From positions 15,612 to 79,611 of the IMG/VR virus record IMGVR_UViG_3300021171_000007: a stretch of DNA of 64,000 nt; one strand, 5' to 3'. Below, in pieces: positions 26,495 through 38,230 of this stretch. Source of the stretch: a virus. Position numbers and translations under genes: made by a program. The notes beneath the pieces are model-generated. The model saw nothing but the letters and a program-made list of their open reading frames with translations. It was not told where the DNA came from and searched no databases. Each line of letters begins with the position of its first letter. Position 1 is the first letter of the stretch.

Positions 26495-29275
26495 ATGGCA
26501 TCTTACTATTACTCAATGCTTGGAATGGTAAGAGTTAGGCAAAATAAAAACTATATAGTTGAAGTAAGCTATAAAGATGAAACTGTCTATGTTGGACAGT
26601 ACAGAGAAGAACATAAATGGCATTATATAGGTGAATATGCCAATGTTGATGAGTTAAATGACGTCATTCTAACTTTATGCAAAGAGGAGACCAAACGTGA
26701 AATCCAGCCTAATCATACTGACACTCCTGATATCGAGTAGTGCCAGAGCAGAGATGTGTGATATGCAGAAACACTGTTATCCAGAGCAGCCATATTACGA
26801 CATACATGGGAACAGGGTTCCTCCACCAGCACCGCAATATCCACAACCAAAACCATTACCAGTACCAAATAACATAACAGTACAGCCAACAATTAATTCA
26901 AACATTTGCAAATTGGCTAGGATCAGGGTTGCTCCTGAGGCGCCACAAACTATAATTGAAATCTGCACCATGTCAAATGAAGAAGAAAGAATGTATCGTC
27001 AACGACAAAGACTAAATCAAGCATCAATTCCGCAAATGTACCTACCAAACGGAGACTATTAATGGAACATTCATCTGGACGTATAGGGCAAACAGAAGGT
27101 GAATTCTCTGTTTGTCAATTTTTTGAAAACGAATTTTATGAATATACGCGCCGTTATGTTGGTCCTGAAGAAGCAGTATTAGCATTCAAACATTATACTA
27201 CCAGTGTAGCAGCGCAAATGGGTATCGTAAGGCGTGTAATCATTACTGATGGCGGAGATTTTACTACAATGGAATGGCAATACGGTAAAGGTATAACTTT
27301 CCCAACAAAAGAGGAACTCCAGAATGCCAGAGCACAAGAACCAAAAGAGGACTAAATTTGAATTTCCGCAGGTGCCACCTACTGGCAGTTATATGTATAT
27401 CATAAAGCCTACTGATACTACATATGCTGAAGGTAAAGTGCTCACAACATTACCAACACTCGATATGTTGGTTTTTGGTGTAGAAGGTCACATAGAACTT
27501 GTGCCACGCTTTACCAAATTCGGTGGACGTTCATGCGTTGCCTTCTGTAATGAAGAAGGCAAAATGCAAGGCAAACAACCAAATCATCTTGCTCACATTC
27601 TATGGGAAGAGAATGTGGGGCGCCTCATAACTGAGGACTATCTAGTTGGTAATATAGTAATCATCGTTGCTGATGCTAGTTTCCTAGCGAGGATGTGATG
27701 AAGACTCTCTCAGTCGTAGCACTAACCATAGGCATGATAAATGCAGCAGATGCTCATTGCTATTCTCGCTGGTATTATCCGTATCCACAGAAATGTGGAG
27801 GAATTTATACTCGTCAAAGTAACAGACCTCCAATTATATCTCGCGCTAATTTCAGTCCTCCTCTTTCTCCTGATGCTCCAATTATACCGCTTCCTGATAT
27901 GAGCGGTATATGGATTAATTCGACAGAAACTCCAGAACAATTAGAATTAATGGAAGCAATGGATCGTCTCAAAGCAATTAGATCGTTATCAAATAATTAA
28001 TTAGGCATTTTGCCAAGGAGACTGTTATGAAAAAAGAGCACCTTAAGATCATCAAGGCTGCTATTGACAATCTTACTGAGCAGGACAGAAAGTTTGATGA
28101 TCTTGTAGCCAGCGCTATAGGAGAAATTGACAAAGAAGTAGAAAATCTTGGTAATCTGAAAGATACACTCGAAGGAGAATTTGAGGAGCTTTCTGAGAGT
28201 CAGCAAGAAGGTGACAAAGGCACAGCTCTTCAAGAAGCTATCGACGCAATTGAGGAGGCAAAGACAGATCTTGAAGGTATCAAAGATGATCTCGATGATG
28301 CACCATTCGACGATATCATTAACAAACTAGGAGAACTGTCACCCAAGTAAAAATTTTGGGGCGCTGCTCGTGTGGCGCCCCAATCACTAGGAGAGTAAAA
28401 TGGCAAGAGAAATATCAGTAGATACACATTCTTGGGATTTAGCAGAATTCTTTTTGGAAGAAGAACCTATCAAAGATGAAGATAGGAAACGAATCACAGA
28501 TATGTTGGCACAAGAAATTCAACAATGTGTTGAAGATTTTATCTATTTAACTATGCCTCATCTGGGAGTGCTTAAAAATGATTCCATGTGATGTAAGAGA
28601 AGCAACACACGTTCAAATAAATGATAAAATTAAAAAGATACTTTTCAAATATGGCATTACAGAAGGTACTGGAGTTTTGTTAAAACCATCAGAAGGCGGC
28701 TTTGGTGTCATTACTGAAGATAACCAGACTGTAACTATGTGGGAAGCTCAAAGATACTTCAAGGAAGAGAAAGATGACATACAGACTTGAAGATGCAGAA
28801 ATGATCAGGCAAATTTCTTCTCACGCCTTTAAAGCAGAATATTCAGCATTAACCGAAAAAACTCGTATTTATGAGGAACGTCTACATAATATGACTAATG
28901 CTCAATTTGATCAAGCTGTAATTGAATATGCAGAGAAACTCATCAAGGAGCATAGCGATGTCAATAGGTCCAGGTAACTATGATGAAGAAGCCACGTGGG
29001 TACAGCAGCGAACACAAGCGCATGGTGTACTACTAATGATAGTAGCTGGTAATAAGGGTAATGGTTTTTCAATAGCTAGTTTTGATATCCAAGCAACTCT
29101 TGAAATTACATTATCACTACCGAAATTATTAAGGGAAATGGCAAATCAAGTAGAAGTTGACATAAAGGAGCAAGGTTTAATTCCAAGCGCACAACATCAT
29201 TTAGATGAACTCAATAAGACTAGGGTTGCTCAAGGTAAAAAGCCTTGGACACATGACTATAAAGGTGAAGACTAA
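26495..29275 (+). other. Run of about ten small coupled hypothetical genes
   Basis: Head-to-tail ORFs with SDs; two have signal peptides (26697-27062, 27695-28000) and one is an acidic coiled coil (28027-28350). Confidence 0.7.
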
Positions 29276-29700
29276 TGAGTAATATCTTTAGTTTCGTAGG
29301 TGATGACGGAACGAACATTCATGTAAACGCAGAAAAACTGCGTTTATGGTGTATAGAGAATAAGCCAGAAATTTTCCTATTGCCATTAAGATATGAATTA
29401 CTTAACAATTTTAAGCGTGATAACGTAGTTAATCCAGAAAGAGTTTTGGAACTTGCTTCCAGAAAAGATCTTGCGCCAATTATAATGGTAAAAGACGGAA
29501 CAATAGGTGGAAATGGATATCCTAACGCAATACTTGTCGATGGTCATCATCGTTATGCATTGGCTTGTCTTAGAGGCCAAAAATATATCGATGGATATTT
29601 TCTGGAAGAAGCGCAATGGAGACCATTCCAAATACATTGGTTGCGCGACTTAACTGCTGAAGAGTTAAGAGCTAGACCAGTAACTAAGCGCGATTATTAG
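29275..29700 (+). CDS. ParB/Srx N-terminal-like domain protein
   Basis: PIIM...LVDGHHRY. Confidence 0.65.
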   Translation: MSNIFSFVGDDGTNIHVNAEKLRLWCIENKPEIFLLPLRYELLNNFKRDNVVNPERVLELASRKDLAPIIMVKDGTIGGNGYPNAILVDGHHRYALACLRGQKYIDGYFLEEAQWRPFQIHWLRDLTAEELRARPVTKRDY

Positions 29701-29704
29701 TTTG

Positions 29705-29830
29705 TCTGACATACCAGCCTGCGGCTATCGCAAACCCCCAACAGGAACTGGCGTTGATATAGCACAGTCAACGAAAGTCAGATGAAGAGTGGGAGGAGGT
29801 CAGAAATTTTGCCTTCCGTTCCTCCTCCCA
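29705..29830 (+). ncRNA. Three-way-junction RNA with possible kissing loops, plus following hairpin
   Basis: TCTGAC/GTCAGA closes CCAGCCTG/CAGG..CTGG and CGTTGA/TCAACG; loops GCTAT and ATAGC are complementary. Confidence 0.5.
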
Positions 29831-29852
29831 TTTCCTCCAACTAGGAATAGAA

Positions 29853-31857
29853 ATGAAAAAGCCACATAAAGAGCAAACTGAAGAAGAGCATGTGAAGACA
29901 TGCTTTCGTTGCAGACTTCACGCACTAATGGTTGAATTGTATCCAACAGGAATTACAGATATGGAAGAAGGACAATTCATTTTAGTAGCCCTAGCTGAAG
30001 CAGCAGGTCAAATGTTAGCAGATTATGAAGAACAAGATTTTCATACTTTTTTGAAAGCTGTAATAAGATTTCATAATGCAAGAGTTCAAGAAGATGATGA
30101 AGAGACTAAACACTAACCAGGAGAGGTAGCACTCATGGAATTCTCAGAACAACAACTCGAAGAGGCGCTCAATAGAAAACTCATACCGTTGCGTATGCAC
30201 GGTGGCATTATAAGATGGATCTTAATAGGTCAAATGCCAGGAAGCTTTCTAAGTGCGATCATTAAAAATGATCTACGAGACTCAATTGGTTATGCAGATG
30301 ACGAAAATATTACAAGATTATCAGCTTATATCCAATTCTTCTATCATCACGCTCCAACAGGATGTTGGGGATCGAAAGAAAAAGTCCTACAATGGGAACA
30401 AGATGGAGGATTGAGAAAAGTAAAATCAGTTCCTCTAAGATTAGTAGATGGAGATGTGTACGACGACGGAGAATAAAAATGAAAACTACTCCGTTAAATG
30501 ATAAGCTTCATACATTTCTGTTGAAGAAAGGTTACAGATATTCTGAGCATGTACGCTATGATAGGTATGACCATGAAGAGCAAGGGGTAACAGTTTTTTA
30601 CTACATCAATAGCTATATAATGATATTGGACAGAAATGGGGAACCTGCGTCAACACGTGTTACTCGTGAAATCGAGAAAGCACTTTAGGAGAACCAAATG
30701 CCACGTATGACAATAAACATCAATCAACCGAATGTTGAAGTTCTCGAATATTCGGCTGAAGACATTAATAAATTCATCGAAAGAGAAATCTTTCAAGATG
30801 AGATCCAAACTAAATTGGAACATGCGCTAGATGAGGCGCAAGCAGATGCGCTCAACGGTGGCGGAGATATCCAATATGTCGTTATAAAAATCAGTAAATA
30901 GGGGCGCTCCATGTATGTTGTGATAACATTCGTAGGCGACTTTCCTGTGGAAGGTCAACCTGAATGGACAACAGACTATTCAACAATAATCGACGCTATT
31001 GGTGCTGCCAAAAGGCAGCACCAGTTACTCAAAGAAGCAGAGAATGATCAACATTACACTGTAATTATGGATGAAGATCCTAATATAGAAGATGATGTAA
31101 AATGGATCATTTATCAGGATAAAGAAACGGTAGGTGAGGAAGCGCAAGTGCTAGCTGACAAGTTAGCATATGGAGAAATACCATGAAAACTCTAATGCTA
31201 CTAGTCACTTTAGTCGGTTATAATGGTGACGATTATCAACGCCCAGATGTTCGTGAGCGCCGCCTAGAACGTCAAGAAGATCAAAGATGGCAAAGCGAAA
31301 AATGGCAAAGACAACAGGAAAAATATAAGGATTGGTTAAATGAAAGAAGATTTTGAATATTATCCACACCAGATCGACGAAGATCATTGGGTAGTATTCA
31401 AAGTCAATACTTATCATTACAAAGAACCTGAGAAAGTGTATGTAATAAAACGTTGGGGAGGTGAGATGCACTGTGATTGCCCAGCAGGTGGGCGCTGCAA
31501 GCATTTAAGTATGATACAACCAAAGAAAGAACTATTCTAATGTCTGACAATGTAATACCATTCCCAGAACATAGGATATGCAGAGACCAAAATGGAAATA
31601 TACCAAAATCATGTGTCAATTATAGTAGCTGCAAAAATTTTGAAGCAGAAGTTTATTCTATTCAATATGAAGAATTTGGATATCATAATAATCGTAAACC
31701 TGGAGAAAAATATTATGTTGGAGCTTTAACATATCAAGATCCAGATTTTGAAGGAGGCTTAATAGCGATTCATTTTAGTGAAATGACATGTGGATATCAA
31801 ATGTCAAAAGAAGAAGCAATTAAATTGGCAAATTTACTTTTGGAGTTAACTAAATGA
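29853..31857 (+). other. Run of small hypothetical genes, including a second SWIM protein (31340-31540)
   Basis: Coupled ORFs with SDs; CDCPAGGRCKH. Confidence 0.7.
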
Positions 31858-32363
31858 CTCGCGAATGTGGTGAATGCACTTTATGCTGCAAGTTATTGCC
31901 AGTTTTAGAATTGGATAAACCTGCTAATATACGTTGTAAGCATCAACGTCAAATAAAGGGATGTCTTGTTTATCATACTAACAAAATGCCCTTATCATGC
32001 CATGTTTGGAATTGTCGGTGGCTTGTTAGTGATGATACGCACGATTTGGCGCGCCCAGATAGATCTCATTATGTCATTGATATTACGCCAGATTTTGTTA
32101 TAGCTGTTGATAGAGGCGAGAATATTAAGATTCAAGTAGTACAAATTTGGTGCGATGCAAATTATCCAGATGCTTGGAAAGATCCTAGACTCAAAGCCTA
32201 CATGATGCGTCGTGGTGCAGAAGGTATTGCGAGTATGATTCGTTACGATTCTTGGAGGGCTATAATTGTTATTCCACCTAATATGACTATTGAAAAGCAA
32301 TGGGTTGTAAGAACAGGTGATATGAAAGAGAAAGAAGATCTCATTAAGATATTAAATGAGTAA
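31854..32363 (+). CDS. CxxCxxCC (YkgJ-like) cysteine-cluster protein
   Basis: CGECTLCC...CKH...CLVY...CHVWNC. Confidence 0.7.
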   Translation: MTRECGECTLCCKLLPVLELDKPANIRCKHQRQIKGCLVYHTNKMPLSCHVWNCRWLVSDDTHDLARPDRSHYVIDITPDFVIAVDRGENIKIQVVQIWCDANYPDAWKDPRLKAYMMRRGAEGIASMIRYDSWRAIIVIPPNMTIEKQWVVRTGDMKEKEDLIKILNE

Positions 32364-32631
32364 GTGCGGAGGTTCTAATGAATGTTGGCGAGCGTGAGAA
32401 GCGTATTTGGGATATTGCAGAAAAATTAAATCTTTATATGTCAGATTTAGATGAATGGCCTAATCCTGTATCTGAAGGATATTGCGCCTCATTCAGTACA
32501 TTAGACGTAACAGGAAATGGAGAGACTCCAGAATTAGCTCTTGAAGATTTAATTGTCAAATTGGAACAGAGGAATTAGTGGTGTTGCCCCTCGCCACTAA
32601 TAAAACTCTCACAGGGGCCTTGGAGTACACA

Positions 32632-33030
32632 ATGGAAAGCACTGAGCTTACCTGGCACTTGCCGAGGGTACTGCCCGAGGTGAGTAATCCACGGAGTTTT
32701 CTGGATCATGTTCACTCGATCTTGAAGAAACTGTGGTCAAGCGACGAATTTTATCAGTACATCGACGGCGTGACTAACAAGTTGTCGGTTACTGGTAACT
32801 TTCTCGTTGATCGAGGATTTGCTGCAAGGCAGATCCAAGATGTTGCCAAGGAGGATGGCATTGCTGATGTTGCGACATGCAAATTGTCGAAGATCATGCG
32901 TGCCATTGAGACCATCCTGCGTCGTCCCGAGTATGCTATGGGTCGCAAAGAGCGCCTCGCTAACCTCAAGTTGTTGGAGGCGCAAGCGGCGCAGCAGGAG
33001 ACGCAAGAAGCTCAAGTTGCTGCTGAGTAA
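32632..33030 (+). CDS. Hypothetical protein with host-like codon use
   Basis: GGAG SD before ATG; ends QVAAE; followed by a GC hairpin. Confidence 0.65.
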   Translation: MESTELTWHLPRVLPEVSNPRSFLDHVHSILKKLWSSDEFYQYIDGVTNKLSVTGNFLVDRGFAARQIQDVAKEDGIADVATCKLSKIMRAIETILRRPEYAMGRKERLANLKLLEAQAAQQETQEAQVAAE

Positions 33031-33088
33031 AGCGTAGCGTAAACGGGGGCCAGGGTAAAACCTGGTCCCCACTAACCAGGAGAGTAAA

Positions 33089-33619
33089 ATGGATGTAACT
33101 GTTGTGGAAAAGAACACAAACGTGAAGATTTATGATGCACTTATATTTATTCAAGTTTACGAAGCTGACAAAAAAGAATTACCTACAATTAATCAAATAA
33201 CTAAAGCTGTAGGTTGTTCCAAAAGTACAGCTTCAGAAGCATTACATGAGAATAAGAGTTTGCAAGCTGGATTGTTAGGTCCAGTAAAAATAAGTAAGGC
33301 GCAAGAATACCATATTAATGCTATGATAATTAGAAGGAAAAGAGAAATTGAAGCAGAATTTGATGAGCGTGTTAGGCTTAAAATGCTCGAACATAATGAA
33401 GCATATCGAGCTGGATTAGAAAAGCTCAAAACAGAGGCGCAAAAGAAATTTGATCTATACGAGAAATTGCTTAACAAACATAGGCCATTATTTACGGAAG
33501 ATGAGTTCCGTACTATAATGGCATGTTTACATCCAGATAATTCTGCCTCAAAAGAAAAGCGTGAGATAGCGTTTACTAAATTTATTGAAAAGAAACTCCA
33601 ACTAACTGGAGCCAAATAG
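33089..33619 (+). CDS. HTH and coiled-coil protein
   Basis: PTINQITKAVGCSKSTAS HTH; C-terminal LHPD (J-domain-like). Confidence 0.6.
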   Translation: MDVTVVEKNTNVKIYDALIFIQVYEADKKELPTINQITKAVGCSKSTASEALHENKSLQAGLLGPVKISKAQEYHINAMIIRRKREIEAEFDERVRLKMLEHNEAYRAGLEKLKTEAQKKFDLYEKLLNKHRPLFTEDEFRTIMACLHPDNSASKEKREIAFTKFIEKKLQLTGAK

Positions 33620-34846
33620 ATCCTTATCGGCGTGAGAGATGACAGGTCTGTTTCTCTCCGCCTCCTCCATCATTCTGTTATAATCTTCTTCCCACATGAC
33701 TTCGCCTATCCACGGCGGCTTAAATCCATTCTCCTTTGCTGCCCATATAAGACCTCCAAGACTTTTAGTCCCATTTCTAGGAAATTCTGGGCGATGCGAT
33801 TTCCATTGCCGCATAAAGTAACCTTGGCCGCGCCCCATTACACCGTATCTGGCGCCGCCGCTTACAGCTTCAAGAAACAATTCTGTTGCCTCATCAATTG
33901 TTAGTTGATTTGCTTCATTTTCGTCATGTATCGCTCCTATTAATGGTAGCATTACATGAAGTGTGTACCATTCGTTTGTGTCTGCCAATCCTTCGTCTCG
34001 AATGAACTCTATACATGCCAACGCTTTCTTGTATGCTGTCCATTTGGAATCTTTGCGAGGTATAAATGGTTGTCTCTGCGACTGTGCGCGAATTGGCGTT
34101 ATATTTGGCACTTTTAATCTCAATTCATCAATGCTATGTTTATAACAATAATTTCTGGCTATGTGTGCTAACGCTACTTGCTGGCCTTTGGTTTGCTTCT
34201 CTAATTTTGGATAATTTACCGTTCCTGGAAGACGCATCACTCGGTCTACGTTGGACATATTATCAACTTTGACTGGAAGATGTGCTACTTTGGAACGTAA
34301 GAACGTCTCAAAATCATGCCCAAGATTAGTAACGAATGAGCGCATTTTAATTGATCCTAAATTAGCAGCTTTTTTCTGCTCAGTATCTGCTGGATTAAAT
34401 AATTTGACACCTTCTCTCCTATTGAGAAGATAGATAAGGTGAAAGCCGCCGCCAGTATTAATAACTAGCGATGGTTTTAATTCAAGTTCCTTATCTATAA
34501 AATCCAAAACCTTTTGTTGATCTCTTTCAAAAGAAGTAAAATCTATATCAAATGCTAAGGCTCTGATACCTATGATATCATCTATATTATTTTTGCCACC
34601 CTTGCCTTGTCTATCAAAAATCTTACATGGTATGTTAACACTGTAATAAACATTGGACTTACGAGCTTGGCGCTTCTTAATGTCTGCAATCAATAATTCT
34701 CTTTGTTCCTTTTCAAAGGTGCGCCCAGCTTCCCAGACTGGGCCGTTATCAGGTCCGCCAAATGGCGCTTCAGAAGCTATTGTATGGCGCCCATTAGGCT
34801 CTAGGATGTCAAGAAATTGAAGAGCTTGCTCGATATTGAGTTCCAT
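33602..34846 (-). CDS. RepB-like (AEP) DNA primase
   Basis: NVYYSVN, AFDID, PSLVINTGGGFHLIY and RVMRLPGTVN; PriCT-like C-terminal part. Confidence 0.85.
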   Translation of the reverse strand: MELNIEQALQFLDILEPNGRHTIASEAPFGGPDNGPVWEAGRTFEKEQRELLIADIKKRQARKSNVYYSVNIPCKIFDRQGKGGKNNIDDIIGIRALAFDIDFTSFERDQQKVLDFIDKELELKPSLVINTGGGFHLIYLLNRREGVKLFNPADTEQKKAANLGSIKMRSFVTNLGHDFETFLRSKVAHLPVKVDNMSNVDRVMRLPGTVNYPKLEKQTKGQQVALAHIARNYCYKHSIDELRLKVPNITPIRAQSQRQPFIPRKDSKWTAYKKALACIEFIRDEGLADTNEWYTLHVMLPLIGAIHDENEANQLTIDEATELFLEAVSGGARYGVMGRGQGYFMRQWKSHRPEFPRNGTKSLGGLIWAAKENGFKPPWIGEVMWEEDYNRMMEEAERNRPVISHADKDLFGSS

Positions 34847-34847
34847 C

Positions 34848-35081
34848 TTACTCTCCCTTTTTCACAGCTTTAATTTGTATTGATCTTAAATTCTTGGCTG
34901 TTTTAATTGTCTTAGATTGTTGAGCACTAAATTCTTTATATGTCTCAGTAAGTTCTTCATAATTATGTTTTAATAAAATATAAATAGCGTCATAAAGTCT
35001 TAATGATTCATCGTAATTAGCCTTGGCTTTTTCCCAATTCTTTTTTGCACGATCGTATTCATCTGTAAACAGATCTGGCAT
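34848..35081 (-). CDS. Small coiled-coil protein
   Basis: AAGGAG SD; begins MPDLF. Confidence 0.6.
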   Translation of the reverse strand: MPDLFTDEYDRAKKNWEKAKANYDESLRLYDAIYILLKHNYEELTETYKEFSAQQSKTIKTAKNLRSIQIKAVKKGE

Positions 35082-35110
35082 AATTTCTATTTCTCCTTAT
35101 TGCCTAAATT

Positions 35111-35139
35111 AGAGTAGCATAAACCGAAAAAGAAAGCAA
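35111..35139 (-). promoter_or_regulatory. Sigma70-type promoter for primase operon
   Basis: TTGCTT-17 nt (ending TGC)-TACTCT. Confidence 0.7.
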
Positions 35140-35188
35140 GACCTTTCTTAAACTGTAAAACTTCAAATCAACCCCAGAAGGAAAGAAA

Positions 35189-35530
35189 ATGGCGACTTTC
35201 ACCTATAAATCCTACAATTTTGTGGATAAAGATCCTATAATTGATGAAATCCGAACTGTCTATCAAGACAGCGGTGTCAACTATAAATGGATAGAAGATA
35301 ATAGTGGCGTAGGCGCAAAAACACTATCAAATTGGTTTAACGGCAAAACTAAGAAGCCACAAGCCGCAACCATAAATGCTGTACTTAGATCATTAGGTTA
35401 CAAGCTAGGCATTGTTGAGTTTGGTAAACAAGTTAAAGTATTTCCAGTAATGGAACAACCTAAGCCAGTTAAAACATCTATACGGCATGTTGTTCAAATG
35501 AGCAAGTACAAGAAAAAATCAAAAAGATAA
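35189..35530 (+). CDS. XRE-type HTH regulator
   Basis: SGVGAKTLSNWFNGKTKKPQAATINAV. Confidence 0.75.
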   Translation: MATFTYKSYNFVDKDPIIDEIRTVYQDSGVNYKWIEDNSGVGAKTLSNWFNGKTKKPQAATINAVLRSLGYKLGIVEFGKQVKVFPVMEQPKPVKTSIRHVVQMSKYKKKSKR

Positions 35531-35753
35531 CCGGAACCCCACCGAGGATACAACCCCAGCATCGGAAGTGTGACTACCGGCTAGTGATGGACTCTTTAGT
35601 AAATGGCCTGCGCTGTACCCCGCGGCTATATTGAGGAAGAGTTTTGGCACTACAAGACTTGGTTCAGGTCCTCGCGTGGGCCTAGACATTGCCTGTGAAA
35701 CCAAGTAACGTCGCATATTGAGGCTGTCGCCGGAATGGGCCGGTGGCAGCCTC
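35531..35753 (+). ncRNA. Structured intergenic RNA
   Basis: Stems 35582-96/35637-52, 35657-64/35699-706 and a 14-bp hairpin 35720-53. Confidence 0.5.
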
Positions 35754-35779
35754 TCTTACCATCAAACAGGAGAAGTAAA

Positions 35780-36199
35780 ATGAAATATAAAGTAGAGTTT
35801 TCAGGTAATGCAGAGATCATGTTTGCTATGATGGCAAAACTATTGCCAGATGAACTTAATGTTCATGTTGAAGAGTTACCTGAACCAAAAGCGGAACATT
35901 TCTCTAAAGTGGCGCAACTGGTTAATAGCCACCAGAAGTTGGTAGCGCCACCAAAGGGAAAGGGGCAACGCCATTATAAAGATCCATCAGGCAAAACATG
36001 CCAAGATCATACCTTTGAATTTCTAAAGAGTCGTCCATCAGCAACATGGGCAGAAATGAGCCATCATATTGTAACATTAGGTTACAATAAAAGCTCAATT
36101 AATAATGCCGTTGTTAGATTGGTGCATAAGAAGTTGATTGAGAAAGTGACAACAGGTGTATATAGAGTCATTAAGAAATCACATGATCGGACTGTGTAA
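35780..36199 (+). CDS. Winged-helix DNA-binding protein
   Basis: SSINNAVVRLVHKKLIEKVTTGVY; AGGAG SD. Confidence 0.65.
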   Translation: MKYKVEFSGNAEIMFAMMAKLLPDELNVHVEELPEPKAEHFSKVAQLVNSHQKLVAPPKGKGQRHYKDPSGKTCQDHTFEFLKSRPSATWAEMSHHIVTLGYNKSSINNAVVRLVHKKLIEKVTTGVYRVIKKSHDRTV

Positions 36200-36208
36200 A
36201 TTTTTCGG

Positions 36209-36237
36209 TTGCTTTCCTCGCGCAACTATGCTATGTT
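36209..36237 (+). promoter_or_regulatory. Sigma70-type promoter for replication operon
   Basis: TTGCTT-17 nt (ending TGC)-TATGTT. Confidence 0.7.
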
Positions 36238-36258
36238 AAGAGAGAAGGATGGGTTCTG

Positions 36259-37404
36259 ATGTTTCTGGATAAGATCTATAAAAAGGACGTTTCTGGCAAT
36301 ATAAGAGTTTGGCAAGCCGAAGTGGGGGAAGGTGAATGGGAAGGTTGCTGGAGATCGCATCACGGTACTTTAAATGGGCAAATCCAAACAACACAATGGA
36401 CAGAAGTAGAATTAAAATCACAATCATCTATAATGGAGCAAGCTATATTTTATGCCAATGCAGAAATGAAAAAGAAATTGAAAATAGATTACAAACTCAA
36501 TATCGAAGATATAAATGAGTCTCGAATGAGTTTTATTAAACCGATGTTAGCTCATACATATGTAGGATGGGAGCGCCCATGTTTTGCTCAACCTAAGCTA
36601 GATGGCGTTCGATGCTTGGCAAATGTAGATGGGCTTTGGACGCGCACCAATAAGCAGATCATTTCTACACCTCATATCGAGGGAGAATTGAAGGCATTTT
36701 TTGAAGATCATCCAGAAATTATTTTAGATGGAGAATTATATAATCACGACCTGCATGATAACTTCAATAAGATAATTTCTTTGGCTCGAAAGACTAAGCC
36801 TGAGTTTGCGGACTTAGAAGAGTCAGCAGAGCTTATAGAATATTGGATATATGATATGTTTAATCTAGAAAATTCTGACTCTATATTTGAAGAGAGATGG
36901 GATTATATACATGACAATTTATTTAATCTAGATCATAATATAAATATGATAAAAGCAGTTCCAACTCGGTTTGTTACAACGGAAGATGAGTTGGATATAT
37001 ACAATCAAGAACTCTTATTGGACGGATATGAAGGACAAATTGTGCGCCACAATGTTGCATATCAACAGAAGCGCACAGATAAACTTCTCAAACGAAAAGA
37101 GTTCGTTGACGAAGAATATGAACTAAAATCAATTGAAGAAGGAGCAGGGCAATGGAGCGGCTATGCAAAAATAGCTGTTTGCCAATTACCAGATGGCAGA
37201 GAATTTAGAGCAGGTATATCTGGAACACAAGAATTCACATTACAACTTTTGGAGGAAAGAGAGAAGTATCATTCTGTTACGGTGAAATATCAAGCATTAA
37301 CTCCAGATGGAATTCCTCGCTTTCCAATAGCTATAAAGTTTTGGGAAGAAATGTTTGATAGACTAGACGAAGTTCTCAAACCGAAACGTGATCTTTTCGC
37401 ATAG
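36259..37404 (+). CDS. ATP-dependent DNA ligase
   Basis: KPMLA, QPKLDGVR, LDGELY, YEGQIVR, LLKRK and PRFP. Confidence 0.92.
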   Translation: MFLDKIYKKDVSGNIRVWQAEVGEGEWEGCWRSHHGTLNGQIQTTQWTEVELKSQSSIMEQAIFYANAEMKKKLKIDYKLNIEDINESRMSFIKPMLAHTYVGWERPCFAQPKLDGVRCLANVDGLWTRTNKQIISTPHIEGELKAFFEDHPEIILDGELYNHDLHDNFNKIISLARKTKPEFADLEESAELIEYWIYDMFNLENSDSIFEERWDYIHDNLFNLDHNINMIKAVPTRFVTTEDELDIYNQELLLDGYEGQIVRHNVAYQQKRTDKLLKRKEFVDEEYELKSIEEGAGQWSGYAKIAVCQLPDGREFRAGISGTQEFTLQLLEEREKYHSVTVKYQALTPDGIPRFPIAIKFWEEMFDRLDEVLKPKRDLFA

Positions 37405-37414
37405 GAGTTTGGTA

Positions 37415-38230
37415 ATGAACGAAGTGCAAACAACGACCCAAGGTCAACTAGCTTTAGATGATGAACTCTTATCGCTAGGAGGGATGGGAACTGAGAATGT
37501 AAAGTCCAAAGACGTTCTTATTCCACGCCTAGTCATTCTGCAAGCACTGTCTCCTCAATTGAACAAAAAGAAAGCAGAATACATTGAGGGTGCAGAGATC
37601 GGTGATTTCTGCAATGTGGCAACTGGTGACATTTACAAGGAATCAGTTCTCGTTGTTCCTTGCCATTTTACTACGGATTATATTGAATGGACAAAGAACC
37701 GCGGTGGCTTAGCAGCAAACCACGGAGACGATGCTTCAATTTTGAAGCACACTGTCAAGAACGACAAGAACGAGAACGTATTGACGAATGGTAACATTGT
37801 CCAAGAAACGGCACAATGGTATTGCCTTCTGCAAGATGGCGCCTCATGGTCAAGAATTTTCTTTCCGCTTAAGGCAACCAACCTAAAGCACTCAAGAAAA
37901 TGGCTTACATTATGCAGAGCAGAAGTGGTACAACTTCCGAATAACGAACTTTGGAAGCCGCCCCTTTTTTGGCGATCTTGGAAGTTGGATATTATCAGTG
38001 ATGGAAACGACCAAGGTGATTGGTACACATTTAGGCCAGTTAAGGGCGAATTAATAATGGATCTTGATCCAAGTAAGCAACTCATTAGACTGTGCAAGTC
38101 ATTTTACGAAGATATTCGTACCAACGTTGTTCGTCCTGATATTGAAACAACTCAAGACGAAACTGGTCCTATTATTGAAGGGAGAGCAAATCCAAAAACA
38201 GATCCAACCGAAAAGGATATACCATTCTAA
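37415..38230 (+). CDS. Putative ssDNA-binding/recombination protein
   Basis: DVLIPRLVILQALSPQ; SSB-like C-terminal DIPF. Confidence 0.55.
   Translation: MNEVQTTTQGQLALDDELLSLGGMGTENVKSKDVLIPRLVILQALSPQLNKKKAEYIEGAEIGDFCNVATGDIYKESVLVVPCHFTTDYIEWTKNRGGLAANHGDDASILKHTVKNDKNENVLTNGNIVQETAQWYCLLQDGASWSRIFFPLKATNLKHSRKWLTLCRAEVVQLPNNELWKPPLFWRSWKLDIISDGNDQGDWYTFRPVKGELIMDLDPSKQLIRLCKSFYEDIRTNVVRPDIETTQDETGPIIEGRANPKTDPTEKDIPF

Noticed and set aside
29705-29790. Seventh hammerhead or pistol ribozyme
   Set aside because: Has CTGA and GAAA words but not in core order; kept as an unknown structure.
29821-29830. Cuckoo sRNA CCUCCUCCC motif
   Set aside because: Single copy and paired in a stem with 29790-99 rather than displayed in a loop.
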